A model generated the notes under the pieces. It had not been told where the DNA came from and made no database searches. It saw only the letters and a program-made list of their open reading frames with translations. This document shows, piece by piece, positions 1 to 19,504 of a DNA stretch of 64,000 bases. Source of the stretch: the human T2T-CHM13v2.0 reference genome, Homo sapiens; NCBI RefSeq assembly GCF_009914755.1, contig NC_060930.1, one strand, 5' to 3'. The first letter of the stretch is position 1. Each line of letters begins with the position of its first letter. The position numbers were made by a program, and so were the translations under genes.

Positions 1-804
1 GATTTTGAAATGAAGATCAGTGAGATTTATGTGCTACACTTGAAAATCAGGCTCATTACTTTATAATCACTTTCAACCAGTGAGTGGTATTATCTGGTTG
101 ATCATTACTGCATAAAGAGATTTGATCCTGAATTACTTTTTTCTCTTTCCAAAAGTAAATTCTACCTGGGAAGAACACAGGTTTTTCACCACCAAGGATA
201 CCAAAAAGAATGTGCTACAATTTCTAAAGGTAGTTCCTAAAAGATAGTTCTAAGCTGTTTTGTATTTCCAAGAGCTAACTCGGGTCCTGGCACATATTAA
301 ACATAGTAAATGTTTGTTTTTTAAAATAGTGAGCACCATGATAGATGATCATTTTAAAGCTCGTAAGTTTAAACAATGAATCTAGTTTCCTGGTTATCAA
401 GCGTTTAATGAATTCTGGAACTCTATATGATTATAAAAAGAGTAGCTTTTGATAAGAGTAGTTTATGAATACTACAGGCCAGGCACTAGTTGTACACACA
501 TTACTTCACCTAGTCCTCCTGACCACCTTTGGTTACTTTACTGTTACTCCATTTTATAGAAGATGAGACTTGGCTCAGAAAGTTAAGTAAGGCGACATAA
601 CTAATAAGCTGTATATTGGTTAAGCAGTTCACAATAAATTATTCAGTGTTCAGAATTTGCAGGTAGGTGACAAATTTTGACTGCTTTTAGAGTCTTATAC
701 TCAGTTTGTCACCTCAGTATTACATATTATTCATAATTGAAACAGCCTATTAAATGACATATGTTCTCTTTGAGAGGTGTATGATCTTGGAAGACTAAGG
801 AAGG

Positions 805-1177
805 TGTATTAGTCCATTCTCACACAGCTATGAAGAACTACCTGAGACTGGGTAATTTATGAAGAAAAGAGGTTTAATTGACTGTAGGCTTAACAGGAAG
901 CATGACTGGGAGGCCTCAGGAAACTTACAATCATGGTGGAAGGTGAAGGGGAAGCACGCATGTCTTCACAATGGCAGAGCAGAAGAGAGAGCGAGCAAAG
1001 GGGGAAGTGCCACACACTTGCAAACAACCAGATCTTGTGAGAACTCACTGTCACAAAAACAGCAAGGGGGAAGTCCGCCTCCATGATGCAATCACCTCCC
1101 ACCAGACCCTACCCTGACACGTGGGGATTACAATTCGAAATGAGAGTTGGCTGGGGACACAGAGCGAAACCATATCA
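805..1177 (-). mobile_element. MaLR solo LTR (THE1/MST type)
   Basis: TGTATTAGTCC...AAACCATATCA ends; perfect 5-bp TSD GAAGG at 800-804 and 1178-1182. Confidence 0.9.
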
Positions 1178-1476
1178 GAAGGATTAGTTGTACTTGTTTA
1201 CATCCTTACTTGGCCATAGGGCTTTCCTTGGCCAGTAACCCTACACCTGGTTACCATTTTCTCTGAAATTTATGGAAAGCACTCCTTAGTCAGGTTGGAT
1301 ATTGCCTTCCCTTTGTAGCTGCACTGCAATTCTGAAGAACCATTAGATCAAGTGCTGTTCCATTCTTGGGTGGAGCTTTTGGTGTTCTTTAAGCCATTGG
1401 ACAAGCTGTATCTAAATGTTTATTTAAGGAATAATGACTCTCTTGGTCTTATGTGACAGTCATGAATGCTAAACAA

Positions 1477-1602
<126 letters not shown>

Positions 1603-1718
1603 TGACAAACAGTATCTTCACTGACCTTTTAACCTTTTATATCAGCTTTGCTGATGTAGAAGCACAGTGAAATTTTAAGAAGTGGTATTTCTTAGTTTGG
1701 GATATTATCAAGAGAATA

Positions 1719-2057
1719 CAGTTGCCTTTTAGTATCAACAAGGGATTGGTTCTAGGAACCCTCTTCCCATCCAAAATCCACAGATGCTGAAGTCTCTTAC
1801 ATAATATGGCCTAGTGCTTGCATATAACCTATGTACATCCATCTGTATACTTTAAATCATCTCTAGATTACTTCTAATATCTAATATGATGTAAATGCTA
1901 TGCAAATAGTTCTAATACTGTATTGTTAAGGGAATAATGACAATAAAAAAGGTCTGCACGTATTCAGTTCAGATGCAACCATCGTAGGCCTAACTACATT
2001 TTCTGTCTGAGATTGGTTGACTCTGTGGAGGGAACCCATGGATGTGGGGGGCTGACA
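1719..2057. mobile_element. MER2-like TcMar-Tigger DNA transposon
   Basis: GGGATTGGTTCTAGGAACCC...TTGCATATAACCTATGTACATCC...TTTAAATCATCTCTAGATTACTT resembles MER2; ends approximate. Confidence 0.75.
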
Positions 2058-3046
2058 ATAATTAATACTCCAGTGCATCTGAAACATGTGAGAAATATGA
2101 CTAATATGCAGATGTTCTGAAAAGTCAGCTATCTTAGAGTTATGCAGTGCTTTGAGGAATTATAAAATGTCTAATGTTGTGGAGGGTGAGCCATTTCTAT
2201 AATATATGAAATGCGGTACATGTTTAATGTAGAGACAAAAATAGCAAAGCACCTCCACCCAAGTAGAAGGCAGCACTCATCACGGGAAGTCAATTCTTGA
2301 TAAGAAGACGAAGTGGAGCAAGGTTCAGGAAACGCTTTGCCCTCTTTGTCTTTTTTGCCCATACTCCTTTTTCTGTTCATCGCTAGGAAATAACAACAGC
2401 AAAAATGCAGCCATCCTTCCATCAGCCGTGTTCTGTCCTTTGAGTGCTCCGTCTCTGTTTGCAATAGACAACTTGAGTTTTGAGTGGATGTGTGATTTGG
2501 TAGACAGATTGAGTGAGGCACTGGGTTTTGATCCTGGCTTAAAATAGCAACATTGTTCTTAAAATTATATCAACAGTGAAAATTGTTACAGCTGGTGCTT
2601 TAAAATATCAGAATTTTGCAGCTATATTATTTACTTTTGAATATTCAAAGGATAATCAGACATGTTATTACTGCCTCTAAAATTATTCTTTATTATGTCC
2701 TTATATACTTCTGTAAGTACCTCAAAACCCTATTTTTTCCTTTTGTCCATTAGGCATTATTTGAATCTCACTCCTTTCATTTCACTTTGGTCTTCAGAAT
2801 TGAATTTTGATATTCTTCTAGTCTTCCTCACCTCCTGTATAATTTCATGTAATTGTCATTTCTTTCCCTCTCTCCCATTTATTTAAACCAGCTGTTTCCT
2901 ATCTGACTTGTATTATTAGAGATTAATTTGTTTTTTTCTAGTCTATTCTCTGCTACTTTTAATTGCCTTCTTTATTATATTTTAATGGTTTTGCTTTTCT
3001 AATGTGCATATTGAATATTGATCAATATTTACCTCTCAAGACTTTC

Positions 3047-3363
<317 letters not shown>

Positions 3364-3645
3364 TAGAGATAATGAACTGTTGTCACAGAAATCTCATAAA
3401 TGCTTAGGTTTTCAGGAGGTTTTAGTCCTGGAAGGTAGATAATTTAGAAGAGGAATTTCCGTTATTCTTATGTAATAAATTTATGTTTAATTTTGACTGT
3501 TAAATAAATTATTTTTATTTTGCTTCAGAAATGTAAGAATCATTCAAATGTAATAAATACATGATGAATAAGTGTCTAGTGAGCATCTTAAGAAGGATTT
3601 GGGAAGTGAAACTATTGAAAGATTAGTTGAATTGCATTTCTTTAA

Positions 3646-3822
<177 letters not shown>

Positions 3823-4677
3823 TGATGTGCTCATCTGTTTGGTTATGAGATTCAGACGCTCTGGGAAGCCTCTTCCTCAACACAGAGGGGGTTAAGCCAT
3901 GCTTTCCCTCTTCCTAGTGGAGAGACGTGCAGATTATTATGCTGGGACAGCTCACTGTGTCTGAGCTGAGTCACTTTCCTTTGGCCTCAGATTCCATGTG
4001 GCTTCTCTGCATGGCTGAAAAAAATGAGTAGTATATATCTAAGGGAGTAGAGTGATTCAGTATATCAGGAAATCATTGTGTCCTGATTTCCTTGTGTGAA
4101 TTAGATATAGGTCAAATTTCTGCCTTAGTTTCCAGGACAACTTGGAGAAAGAAGCATGAAATCAAACTGTCACAGCCTCACCTTTACAGTCATCTCCCTT
4201 GAAAATCCATAAGCTCCCCTGGGCAAATTAATTTATAGTAATAGGATCAAAGGCTAGATTCATAAACTGGTGTACTGTTGTGACTGAAGGATCAGGTGGG
4301 CATGTGAGAAGCCCAGACAAGGTGGTATTAGCCTCATAGTTCCCTGCTTTCTTGGCAGAGTACACTGACTGGTCAGCATATCTATCTATATGAATGGGCA
4401 TACAGGTCAAAGGCTGAGGATAGGAGGCAGGGAACCACAGAATAAGTTTTATCTGCATCTGTTGCAGCCAAGTGAATTGAAAGACTCTCAGTCAGAAGCC
4501 AAGAATACCCTGAGAGTATGAAAAGCAAGGGTGTTGTTATGTTATGTGCTCTTGGTGGTGTGCAACAATCTAGTAGTGTCTGAGGTTATTCTGAGAGGTT
4601 GGTTAATAAATGTAGATGAGTTTACTGAAAAACCAAGGAAGCCTGTGACCCTGTGTGTCCATTTAGTCAGTCATTTA

Positions 4678-6274
4678 TTTTTATTTACTTATTTCTTATT
4701 ATACTTTAAGTTCTCGGATACATGTGCAGAACGTGCAGGTTTGTTACATAAGTATACAAGTGCTGTGATGGTTTGCTGCACCCATCAACCCGTCATCTAC
4801 ATTAGGTATTTCTCCTAATGCTATCCTTCCCCTATCCCCCCACCCCCCAACAGGCCCCAGTGTGTGATGTTCCCGTCCCTGTGTCCATGTGTTCTCATTG
4901 TTCAGTTCCCACTTACGAGTGAGAACATGGCAGTTTTTGATTTCCTGTTCGTGTGTTAGTTTACTGAGAATGATGGTTTCCAGCTTCATCCATGTCCCTG
5001 CAAAGGACATGAACTCATCCTTTTTTACGGCTGCATAGTATTCCATGGTGTATATGTGTCACATTTTCTTTATCCAGTCTATCATTGATGGGCATTTGGG
5101 TTGGTTCCAAGTCTTTGCTATTGTGAATAGTGCTGCAATAAACATATATGTGCATGTGTCTTTATAGTAGAATGATTCATAATCCTTTGGGTATATACCC
5201 AGTAATGGGATTGCTGGGTCAAATGGTATTTCTAGTTCTAGATCCTTGAGGAATCGTCACACTGTCTTCCACAATGGTTGAACTAATTTACACTCCCACC
5301 AACAGTGTAAAAGCGTTCCTATTTTTCCACGTCATCTCCAGCACCTGTTGTTTCCTGACTTTTAAATGATCGCCGTTCTAACTGGCATGAGATGGTATCT
5401 CATTGTGGTTTTGATTTGCATTTTTCTAATGACCAGTGATGATGAGCCTTTTTTCAAATGTTTGTTGGCCACATATAAATGTCTTCTTTTGAGAAGTGTC
5501 TGTTCATATCCTTCGCCTACTTTTTGATGGGGTTGTTTTTTTCTTGTAAATTTGTTTAAGTTCCTTGTAGATTCTGGATAGTAGCCCTTTGTGAGATGGA
5601 GAGATGCAACAATTTTCTCCCATTCTATAGGTTGCCTGTTTACTCTGATGATAGTTTCTTTTACTGTGCAGAAACTCTTTAGTTTAATTAGATCCCATTT
5701 GTCAATTTTGGCTTTTGTTGCCATTGCTTTTGGTGTTTTAGTCATGAAGTCTTTGACCATGCCTATGTCCTGAATGGTATTTCCTAGGTTTTCTTCTAGG
5801 GTTTTTATGGTTTTGGGTCTTACGTTTAAGTCTTTAATTCATCTCGAGTTAATTTTTGTATAAGGTGTAAGGAAGTAATTTATAGATTCAGTGCCATCCT
5901 CATCAAGCTATCATTGACTTTCTTCACAGAATTAGAAAAAGCTACTTTAAATTTCATGTGGAAGCAAAAAAGAGCCCATGTAGCCAAGACAATCCTAAGC
6001 AAAAAGAACAAAACTGGAGGCATCACGCTACCTGACTTCAAACTATACTACAAGGCTACAGTAAAGCATGGTACTGGTACCAAAATAGATATATAGACCA
6101 ATGGAACAGAACAGAGGCCTCAGCAATAACACCACACATCTACAACCATCTGATCTTTGACAAACCTGACAAAAACAAGCAATGGGGAAAGGATTCCCTA
6201 TTTAATAAATGGTTTTGGGAAAACCGGCTAGCCATATGCAGAAAACTGAAACTGGGTCCCTTCCTTACACCTTA
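4678..6274 (-). mobile_element. 5'-truncated, 5'-inverted (twin-primed) L1, L1PA7/8-like
   Basis: 3' UTR and ORF2 end on minus strand 4678-5875; ORF2 segment on plus strand about 5873-6276; TSD TAGTCAGTCATTTA at 4664-4677 and 6275-6288. Confidence 0.93.
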
Positions 6275-6288
6275 TAGTCAGTCATTTA

Positions 6289-7800
6289 ACAAGTATTTTT
6301 GAGAGTTTCCTATGTGCAAAGGCAGTTCTAGAAACAGCTCCTGCCTTGAGCTAACAGCCTGTTGTAGGAGATGGTGAGGTAATGCAGAGGCAACAATATA
6401 AGGTAAATGGTGCAACAAGAGTTTATAATGGAGAGAAGTCTTCCCTGAGGACGGGATGAGTTAGCATCAGCCTGAAGGAAGAGGCATTAACCAGGTCACT
6501 GGGAAAGAATGGTATTCAACTCAGAGCGCAGCATGTACAAAGGCCCTAGGACAGGAGGAAGTGTGGTGGGTTGGAGGAAGAAAAGGGGGTTCCCTGTGGC
6601 TGGGGCCCAGAGGGTGAGGACAAGATGCTTGTTTTGAGATGAGGCTAAAGAGATGGTTATGGCCAGACCATGCAGAGTATTGTAGGCTGCATTAATGAGC
6701 CTGGCCTTCTTCCTGAGAGTAATGGAAAGTCATTAAACATCTTGCATGGTTGAGAGGATCATTGTCAGATTTATGTTTTGAAAAGATTACTGTGACCTCA
6801 ACATAGAAAACAAATGGATCGGTACAAGGCTAATGTCAATGCTGGAAGACCAGATAGGAGGCTGTTATAATTGTCCAGAAAAGAGGTGATTATGCCTTAA
6901 ACCAGGGTGGTATGGTGGAGATGTAGAGAAGTGGACAGTCAGTAGAGTTGGTGATGGGCTGGATTTGAAATGAGGGAGTAGGGGGTGTCAGGCTCAATTC
7001 TCAGGTTTCTGGCTTACTCAGGTGGGTGAATGGTGATGCCATTCACTGAAATACAGAACCCTGACTGGGTTTGTTGGGGGAAGATCATGAGTGTAGTTTG
7101 GACATGCTGAGTGAGGTTTGAGGTATGCTTGCATCCTCTACACTTGTTCTTAGCCAAAAGGCCGAGAAGCGATGCTTGAGTCCTCTAAACGGAGGTAACA
7201 GGTCAGGGCATGGTTCTGGAGCTCAGAGGAGAGGTCTAGGCCCAGATGTGATTTTTGTAACTCTGTGTACAGATGACATTTGAAGGCATGGGCATGGATG
7301 AGATGCCCATGTGGAGAGTATAAAGTGAGAAGGAAAAACCTCAGAGCTTGTCTTGGGGATCTCCTGCTCTTAATGCCCATTTAGAGTGGCTGAATCTCCA
7401 AAGGAGTCAGAGAAAAAAACATCCAGAGGAGTAGGAAGAAAACCAGGAAGTGCTGTGTCAGGAATGCCAGGAGAAAGCGTGTTTCACAATGAAGGAAGTA
7501 AATGATCAACAGCATCAAATGCTGAGGGGTCAAGTAAGATGAGGATGGAAAGATTGTCCATTAGTGTTAGCATCATGGAGGGCACTGATTGAAGTAGACC
7601 GAGTGTGGGATAACAGTGAGTAAGTGTTGTACTTTTCCCCCAATAGGAGTACCCAGTGAAAGATGGCATTTTTATTTTTTGAAAGAGATCATATCGATAT
7701 GTTTAAAAGCCTATGGGGAGGATACATGTGAAAGGGATAGTTGTATGACACAGGAGAGAAAAGGAATGATCAGTGATTTCATGTACTTAAGAAAGTAGGA
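6289..7800 (-). mobile_element. Degenerate L2 fragments
   Basis: L2-type 3' end (catttaacaagtatttttgagagtttcctatgtgc) and purine-rich L2 body; boundaries approximate. Confidence 0.6.
7138..7173 (-). pseudogene. Tailless U2 snRNA retropseudogene (U2 nt 1-36)
   Basis: Reverse complement ATCGCTTCTCGGCCTTTTGGCTAAGAACAAGTGTAG matches U2 5' end with 1 mismatch; flanking repeat ATGCTTG(CA/AG)TCCTCTA at 7125-7140 and 7172-7187. Confidence 0.92.
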
Positions 7801-7835
7801 AATGATGAAATCTGAAGCATACATAGTAGAATTAT

Positions 7836-7994
7836 TATTTTATTTTTGAGGCATGGTCGTGCTCTATCACTTAGGCTGGAGTGCAGTGGCAAGATCATAG
7901 CTCGCTGCAACCTTGAACTCCTGGCCTTAAGTAATCCTCCCACCTCAGTCTCCCAAAGTGCTGGGATTACAGTCATGAACCATGGCGCCTGGCT
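7836..7994 (-). mobile_element. FLAM/AluJ monomer
   Basis: Single Alu arm with T-rich tail. Confidence 0.85.
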
Positions 7995-8651
7995 GGAATT
8001 ATTTTAATGGAGAGACAGAAAATAGTAAGGGTTCGGGCATGTGTGTATTTGTGAGCATGCACATTCCATTCTGATGGCTTTAATTTCTCCTTAAGGTAGG
8101 AGGAATGGTCATCTGCTGAGAGTGGAGGTTTGAAGGGAGTGGAGAAGGTTTAAGTCTTTTGTACGTGGGAGGGTAAGTTGACTAGAAACCTGCAGGAAGT
8201 ACCAAGAGCCAATTTCAAGTTGGTGATCATGATTTCTTAAATGGAACCATTTTGCTCTTGCCTGCCTTCTTCCAGCAGGCTTGTGAATGAGTATAAGCAC
8301 AGGTAAAATAATAATTGGGTTTATTTAGTTTTGCCACACAGGTGTGACATGAAAAGACAGGATGAAAGGCATTTTGGATTTTGGCAATACTGTGATCGAA
8401 GTGGTCCATGAAATCTCAGCCAAGTAAGGACAGGGCTTAAAGAACAGGGCTGCTGGAGAAAGTGGAGATGTCAGTGGATTGCAGTCCTCACGAGGTGGGG
8501 TATTTAAAGCAAGCAGTGTGGAAATAAAAGAGGTCACGAATAAGAAATGTTGAAGAAAGAGCAGCCTGTGATAATGAATTGGTGTAAGATGTGATAGTGG
8601 GAATGGGGATTTAGAATGGAAAAGGAGGTGGAGATACTGAAAGTCAGCCAG

Positions 8652-9012
8652 TGTATTAGTCTGTTTGCACACTGCTGATAAAAACATACCTGAGCCTGGG
8701 TAATTTATAAAGAAAAAGAGGTTTAATGGACTCACAGTTCCACGTGGCTGGGGAAGCCTCACAATCATATCGGAAAGCAAAAGACACGTGTTACATGGCG
8801 GCAGACAAGAGAGAATGAGAACCAAGCGAAAAGAGAAACCCCTTATAAAATCATCACCTCTCGTGAGACTTATTCATTACCACAAGAACGGTATGGGGGA
8901 GACCACCCCCATGATTCAATTATCTCCCACCAGATCCCTCCACAACACGTGGGAATTATGGGCGCTACAATTCAAGATGAGATTTGAGTGGGGACACAGC
9001 CAAACCATATCA
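8652..9012 (-). mobile_element. THE1-type MaLR solo LTR
   Basis: TGTATTAGTC...AAACCATATCA; TSD GCCAG/CCCAG. Confidence 0.9.
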
Positions 9013-9096
9013 CCCAGGATGGAGGCAAAGCTTGGGGTGGGGAAGAGACAGTTCCTAGGAGAGGACTGTATAACTACATGCATGGGCTCAAAGGAG

Positions 9097-9100
<4 letters not shown>

Positions 9101-9140
<40 letters not shown>
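9101..9140. repeat. (GT)20 microsatellite
   Basis: Perfect dinucleotide run. Confidence 0.97.
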
Positions 9141-9143
<3 letters not shown>

Positions 9144-9600
9144 AAATCAAGAATATGGAGGAATATGTCCCCAAACTGGCAGTTGGGGGAGAAGAGTGAA
9201 ACAGTGAGGCAGTCAGCTTTATTTCTTCCTGTGTTGCTCTTTGTAATTGTATCCCACTAGGGATTGACTTTGTAAAATAAATCATTCAGATATTAAATAA
9301 TCATTTTTCTAGACATTTGTTCATATTAATTCAGAAGTTTCATGTTCACATCTCTCTCCATATCAACTCAGAATAATGTAAGGTGGATAATCTCTAACCT
9401 CAGCCTAGTATTAAACAGTAGCTGTAGTATACATAATTGCAAATTTAAAATATGAAAACTTTAGTGAAAATGCTCATGGACAGTTTTCCAGTAAATGTAT
9501 AGAAAATAAGATATTGTTAGTATGGAAATAAATTATTGCCAAAGTGTTAAATTATAAAGTGTTACTGGATTAGAAACCTAGATTTGAATTAGTGGATTTA

Positions 9601-9671
9601 GACAGAGCACGACCCTGCCTCAATAATAAAATAAAATAAAATAAAATAAAATAAAATAAAATAAAATAAAA
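9601..9671 (+). repeat. (AAAAT)n tail on a roughly 20-nt Alu 3' remnant
   Basis: GACAGAGCACGACCCTGCCTC followed by AAAAT repeats. Confidence 0.75.
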
Positions 9672-10404
9672 AGTAAGTTCATGTTTTACAGAGTTCGTAT
9701 AGTGTGGTTGAAAAGCTGTCATTAAATGGAGATTCATGTCTACAATGCTTGAAATAATTCTCTTAATTGTGCACACTCAAAAAATACTATCATACATGTG
9801 ATCATAATGTATTCTTTGCCAGGTATCTCACATGTACATTTATTTTTTTGAATATTTAAAGGTCAGTCAGTGGATTTTAAAGTTGTACTTGTTTATTGTT
9901 CTATTGCAATAAAAATCCTGACAATGACTAGAAGTTAGCTACAGAAATAGTTTGGAGATTAAGTTGCTGTTTCATGGAATAGGAAAATATTTTGTTGTTT
10001 ATAGCACTAGTTTTATTCATAGGATTAAAGAAGATGTTTATTCAGGCCACTTGGTAGAAGACCTTATTAATTGTGATTAAAGAGCCAAAGAATACATGTG
10101 TGTATAGAATGATACCTAGGGGATACTCACTCTTTATTCTACCACCATATGAAGAAGTTAATAAAGCGAAATGCTTTTCATGATTTCATTTCTCTTTTAC
10201 CCTGTGTTGCGAACTTCTTCCCAGTTGTGAAAGTTTGAGGCACTGGTTGAAAGACAGTTTGCAGCAATCCATGTGCCTTCAATGCTGCTACTGTATCAAC
10301 AGAAGGCCAACCTAGGATCAAGTATAACTGTACATCAGAAGTTTTTAATCTGTGGGCCATGCATGGCTGTTAGGGGGATCTTGGAACCCTTTGAAATGAT
10401 ATGC

Positions 10405-10702
10405 AGCTGGATGTGGTGGCTCATGCCTATAATCCCAGTGACCTGGGAAACAGGCGGGAGGCTTGCATGAGGCCAGGAGTCTGAGAGCAGACTGGGCAGC
10501 ATAGGAGACACAGTCTCTACAAAATTTTTTTTTTTCAATTAGTTGAGCATGATGCACACCTGTAGTCCCAGCTACTTGGAGGCTGAAGTTGGAGGATCAC
10601 TTGAGTCCAGGAGTTCCAGGATGCAGTGAGCTATGATTGCACCATTGCGTTCCAGCCTGGGCGACAGAGTGAGACCCTGTCTCTTTATAAAAAAAGAAAA
10701 AA
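10405..10702 (+). mobile_element. AluJ-like
   Basis: Dimeric Alu; TSD GAAATG(A/T)TATGCA. Confidence 0.9.
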
Positions 10703-11864
10703 GAAATGTTATGCAAAATCACTTGTGTAGTAGTTTTCCTTTACTTGTTAGGGGTCTGTGGCTCTAAAGAGGTTGACTAACAACCCACTAACACTATTCC
10801 ACTATGGACAGACAATGCATACAGCAGATTCTTCACACAGAGATGATACGAAGGTTGCTCAAACAACATTTCCTCTCCATCCCACGAAATGTCAGATTTG
10901 ATATAAGCATTTCAAAAAGATTTTGTTTCCCTAGTTGATTTTAAATGCTTTTGAGAAAAATTTCAGATATATAATTTAATTTTCTCCGATATATAAATAA
11001 GCAAAATTTATTTTCATCCTAAACTGATTTAACACTGTTCTTAATTCTTATCTAATTATTTCATTTGATGTATTCAGCTGTGCTCAATAGCTACCCCTTT
11101 TTGTTTCTACAGTAGTTATCTCATTAAATTCATGACAATTGAAAAGTAATCTCCATGATTGAAAACAGCACAATCTAATTTTGATGCCAACAATAGTGCC
11201 TTAACACCATTTCAGTCTCACTATTGTGAAATTAATTGTTTTTCTTTGTTTCTAAGTGAAGGCTTGATCAGGGTGATAATGAAAATGGCAAATTTTTATA
11301 AGTTACTTCCCATATGCCAGCTGTTCTATAAAAACTCACCATGCTCTGCTGCTGGATTCGGTTTGCCAGTATTTTATTGAGGATTTTCGCCTCGATGTTC
11401 ATCAGGGATATTGGCCTGAAATTTTCTTTTTTTGTTGTGTCTCTGCCAGGTTTTGGTATCAAGATGATGCTGGCCTCATAAAATGAGTTAGGGAGGAGTC
11501 CCTCTTTTTCTGTTGTTTGGAATAGTTTCAGAAGGAATGGTACCAGCTCCTCTTTGTACCTCTGGTAGAATTTGGCTGTGAATCTATCTGGTACTGGGCT
11601 TTTTTTGGTTTGTAGCCTATTAACTATTGCCTCAGTTTCATAACTTGTTATTGGTTTATTCAGGGATTTGACCTCTTCCTGGTTTAGTCTTGGGAGGGTG
11701 TATGTGTGCAGGAATTTATCTATTTCTTCTAGATTTTCTAGTTTATTTGCATAGAGGTGTTTATAGTAATCTCTGGTGGTATTTTGTATTTCTGTGGGAT
11801 CAGTGATGATCTACCCTTTAACATTTTTTATTGTGTCTATTTGATTCTTCTCTCTTTTTTCTTT

Positions 11865-17138
<5,274 letters not shown>

Positions 17139-18401
17139 CTCTCTTTTTTTCTTTATTAGTCTGGCTAACAGTCTATTTTGTTAGTCTTTTCAAACAAACA
17201 GCTCCTGGATTCATTGATTTTTTGAAGAGTTTTCATGTCTGTATCTCCTTCAGTTCTGCTCTGATCTTAGTTATTTCTTGTTTTCTGCTAGCTTTTGAAT
17301 TTATTTGCTCTTCCACTATGATCAAGTCAGCTTCATCCTTGGGATGCAAGGCTGGTTCAACATATGCGAATCAATAAACGTAATCCATCACATAACCAGA
17401 ACCAATGACAAAAACTACATGATTATCTCAGCAGATGCAGAAAAGGCCTGCAATAAAATTGAACACCCATTCATGCTAAAAACTCTCAACTAGGTATTGA
17501 TGGAACATATCTCAAAATAATAAGAGCTATTTGTAACAAACCCACAGCCAATATCATACTGAATGGGCAAAAGCTGGAAGCATTCCCTTTGAAAATCAAC
17601 ACAAGACAAGGATGCCCTCTCTCACCACTCCTCTTCAACATGGTATGGGAAGTTCTGGCCAGAACAATCAGGCAAGAGAAAGAAATAAGGGGTATTCAGA
17701 TAGGAAGAGAGGAAGTCAAATTATCTCTGTTTGCAGAGGACATGATTGTATATTTAGAAAACCCCATCATCTCAGCCCAAAAACTCCTTAAGCTGATAAG
17801 CAACTTCAGCAAAGTCTCAGGATACAAAATCAATGTGCAAAAATCACAAGCATTCCTATACACCAATAATAGACAGAGAGTCAAATCATGAATGAACTCC
17901 CATTCAGAATTGCTACAAAGAGAATAAAATAACTTAAAAATACAACTTAAAAGGGATATGAAGGACCTCTTCAAGGAGAACTACAAACCACTGCCCAGTG
18001 AAATAAGAGAGGGCACAAACAGATGGAAAAACATTCCATGCTCATTGATAGGAAGAATCAATATTGTGAAAATGGCCATACTGCCCAAAGTAATTTATAG
18101 ATTCAGTGCTATCCCCATCAAGCTACCATTGACTTTCTTCACAGAATTAGAAAAAACTTTAAATTTCATATGGAACCAAAAAAGAGCCCGTATAGCCAAG
18201 ACAATCCTAAGCAAAAAGAACAAAGCTGTAGGCATCATGCTACCTGACTTCAGACTATACTACAAGGCTACAGTAACCAAAACAGCATGGTACTGGTACC
18301 AAAACACATATATAGACCAATGGAACAGAACAGAGGCCTCAGAAATGACACCACACATCTACAACCATCTGATCTTTGACAAACTTGACAAAAGCAAGTA
18401 A

Positions 18402-18497
<96 letters not shown>

Positions 18498-19504
18498 TAA
18501 AAATTAACTCCAGATGGATTAAACACTTAAATGTAAGACCTAAAACCAAAAAAGCCCTAGAAGAAAACCTAGGCAATACTATTCAGGACATAGGCATAGG
18601 CAAAGACTTCATGACTAAAACACCAAAAGCAATGGCAACAAAAGCCAAAATTGACAAATAGGATCTGATTAAACTAAAGAGCTTCTGCACAGTAAAAGAA
18701 ACTATCATCAGAGTGAACAGGCAGCCTACAGAATGGGAGAAAATTGTTGCAATCTCTCCATCTCACAAAGGGCTACTATCCAGAATCTACAAGGAACTTA
18801 AACAAACTTACAAGAAAATACCCCATCAAAAAGTAGGCGAAGGATATGAACAGACACTTCTCAAAAGGACACATTTATATGTGGCCAACAAACATATGAA
18901 AAAAGGCTCATCATCACTGGTCATTAGAAAAATGCAAATCAAAACCACAATGAGATACCATCTCACGCCAGTTAGAATGGCGATTATTTAAGTCAGGAAA
19001 CAACAGATGCTGGAGAGGACTTGGAGAAGTAGGAACGCTTTTACACTGTTGGGAGTGTAAATTAGTTCAACCATTGTGGAAGACAGTGTGGTGATTCCTC
19101 AAGGATCTAGAACCAGAAATGCCATTTGACCCAGCAATCCCATTACTGGGTATATACTCAAAGGATTATAAATCATGCTACTATAAAGACACATGCACAC
19201 ATGTTTATTGCAGCACTATTCACAATAGCAAAGACTTGAAACCAACCCAACGGCCCATCAATGATGGACTGGATAAAGAAAATGTGGTACATATATACCA
19301 TGGAATACTATGCAGCCATAAAAAAGGATGAGTTCATGTCGTTGAGAGTGATGGAACTACCTAATGTAGATATTGGGCTGATGGATGCAGGAAACCACCA
19401 TGGCACGTGTATACCTATGTAACAAACTTGCACGTTCTGCACATGTATCCCATAACTTAAAGTATTAAGAAAAAAAAAGAAAAAAAACTCACCATGCTCT
19501 GTCT

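Noticed and set aside
1611-1645. GTATCTT and CCTTTTAAC just after exon 8 as a second U12 signal
   Set aside because: Imperfect matches, too close together to form an intron, and the canonical GTAAGA donor fits the reading frame
8325-9260. 139-166 aa ORFs
   Set aside because: They run through a THE1 LTR and a GT microsatellite, with no recognisable protein
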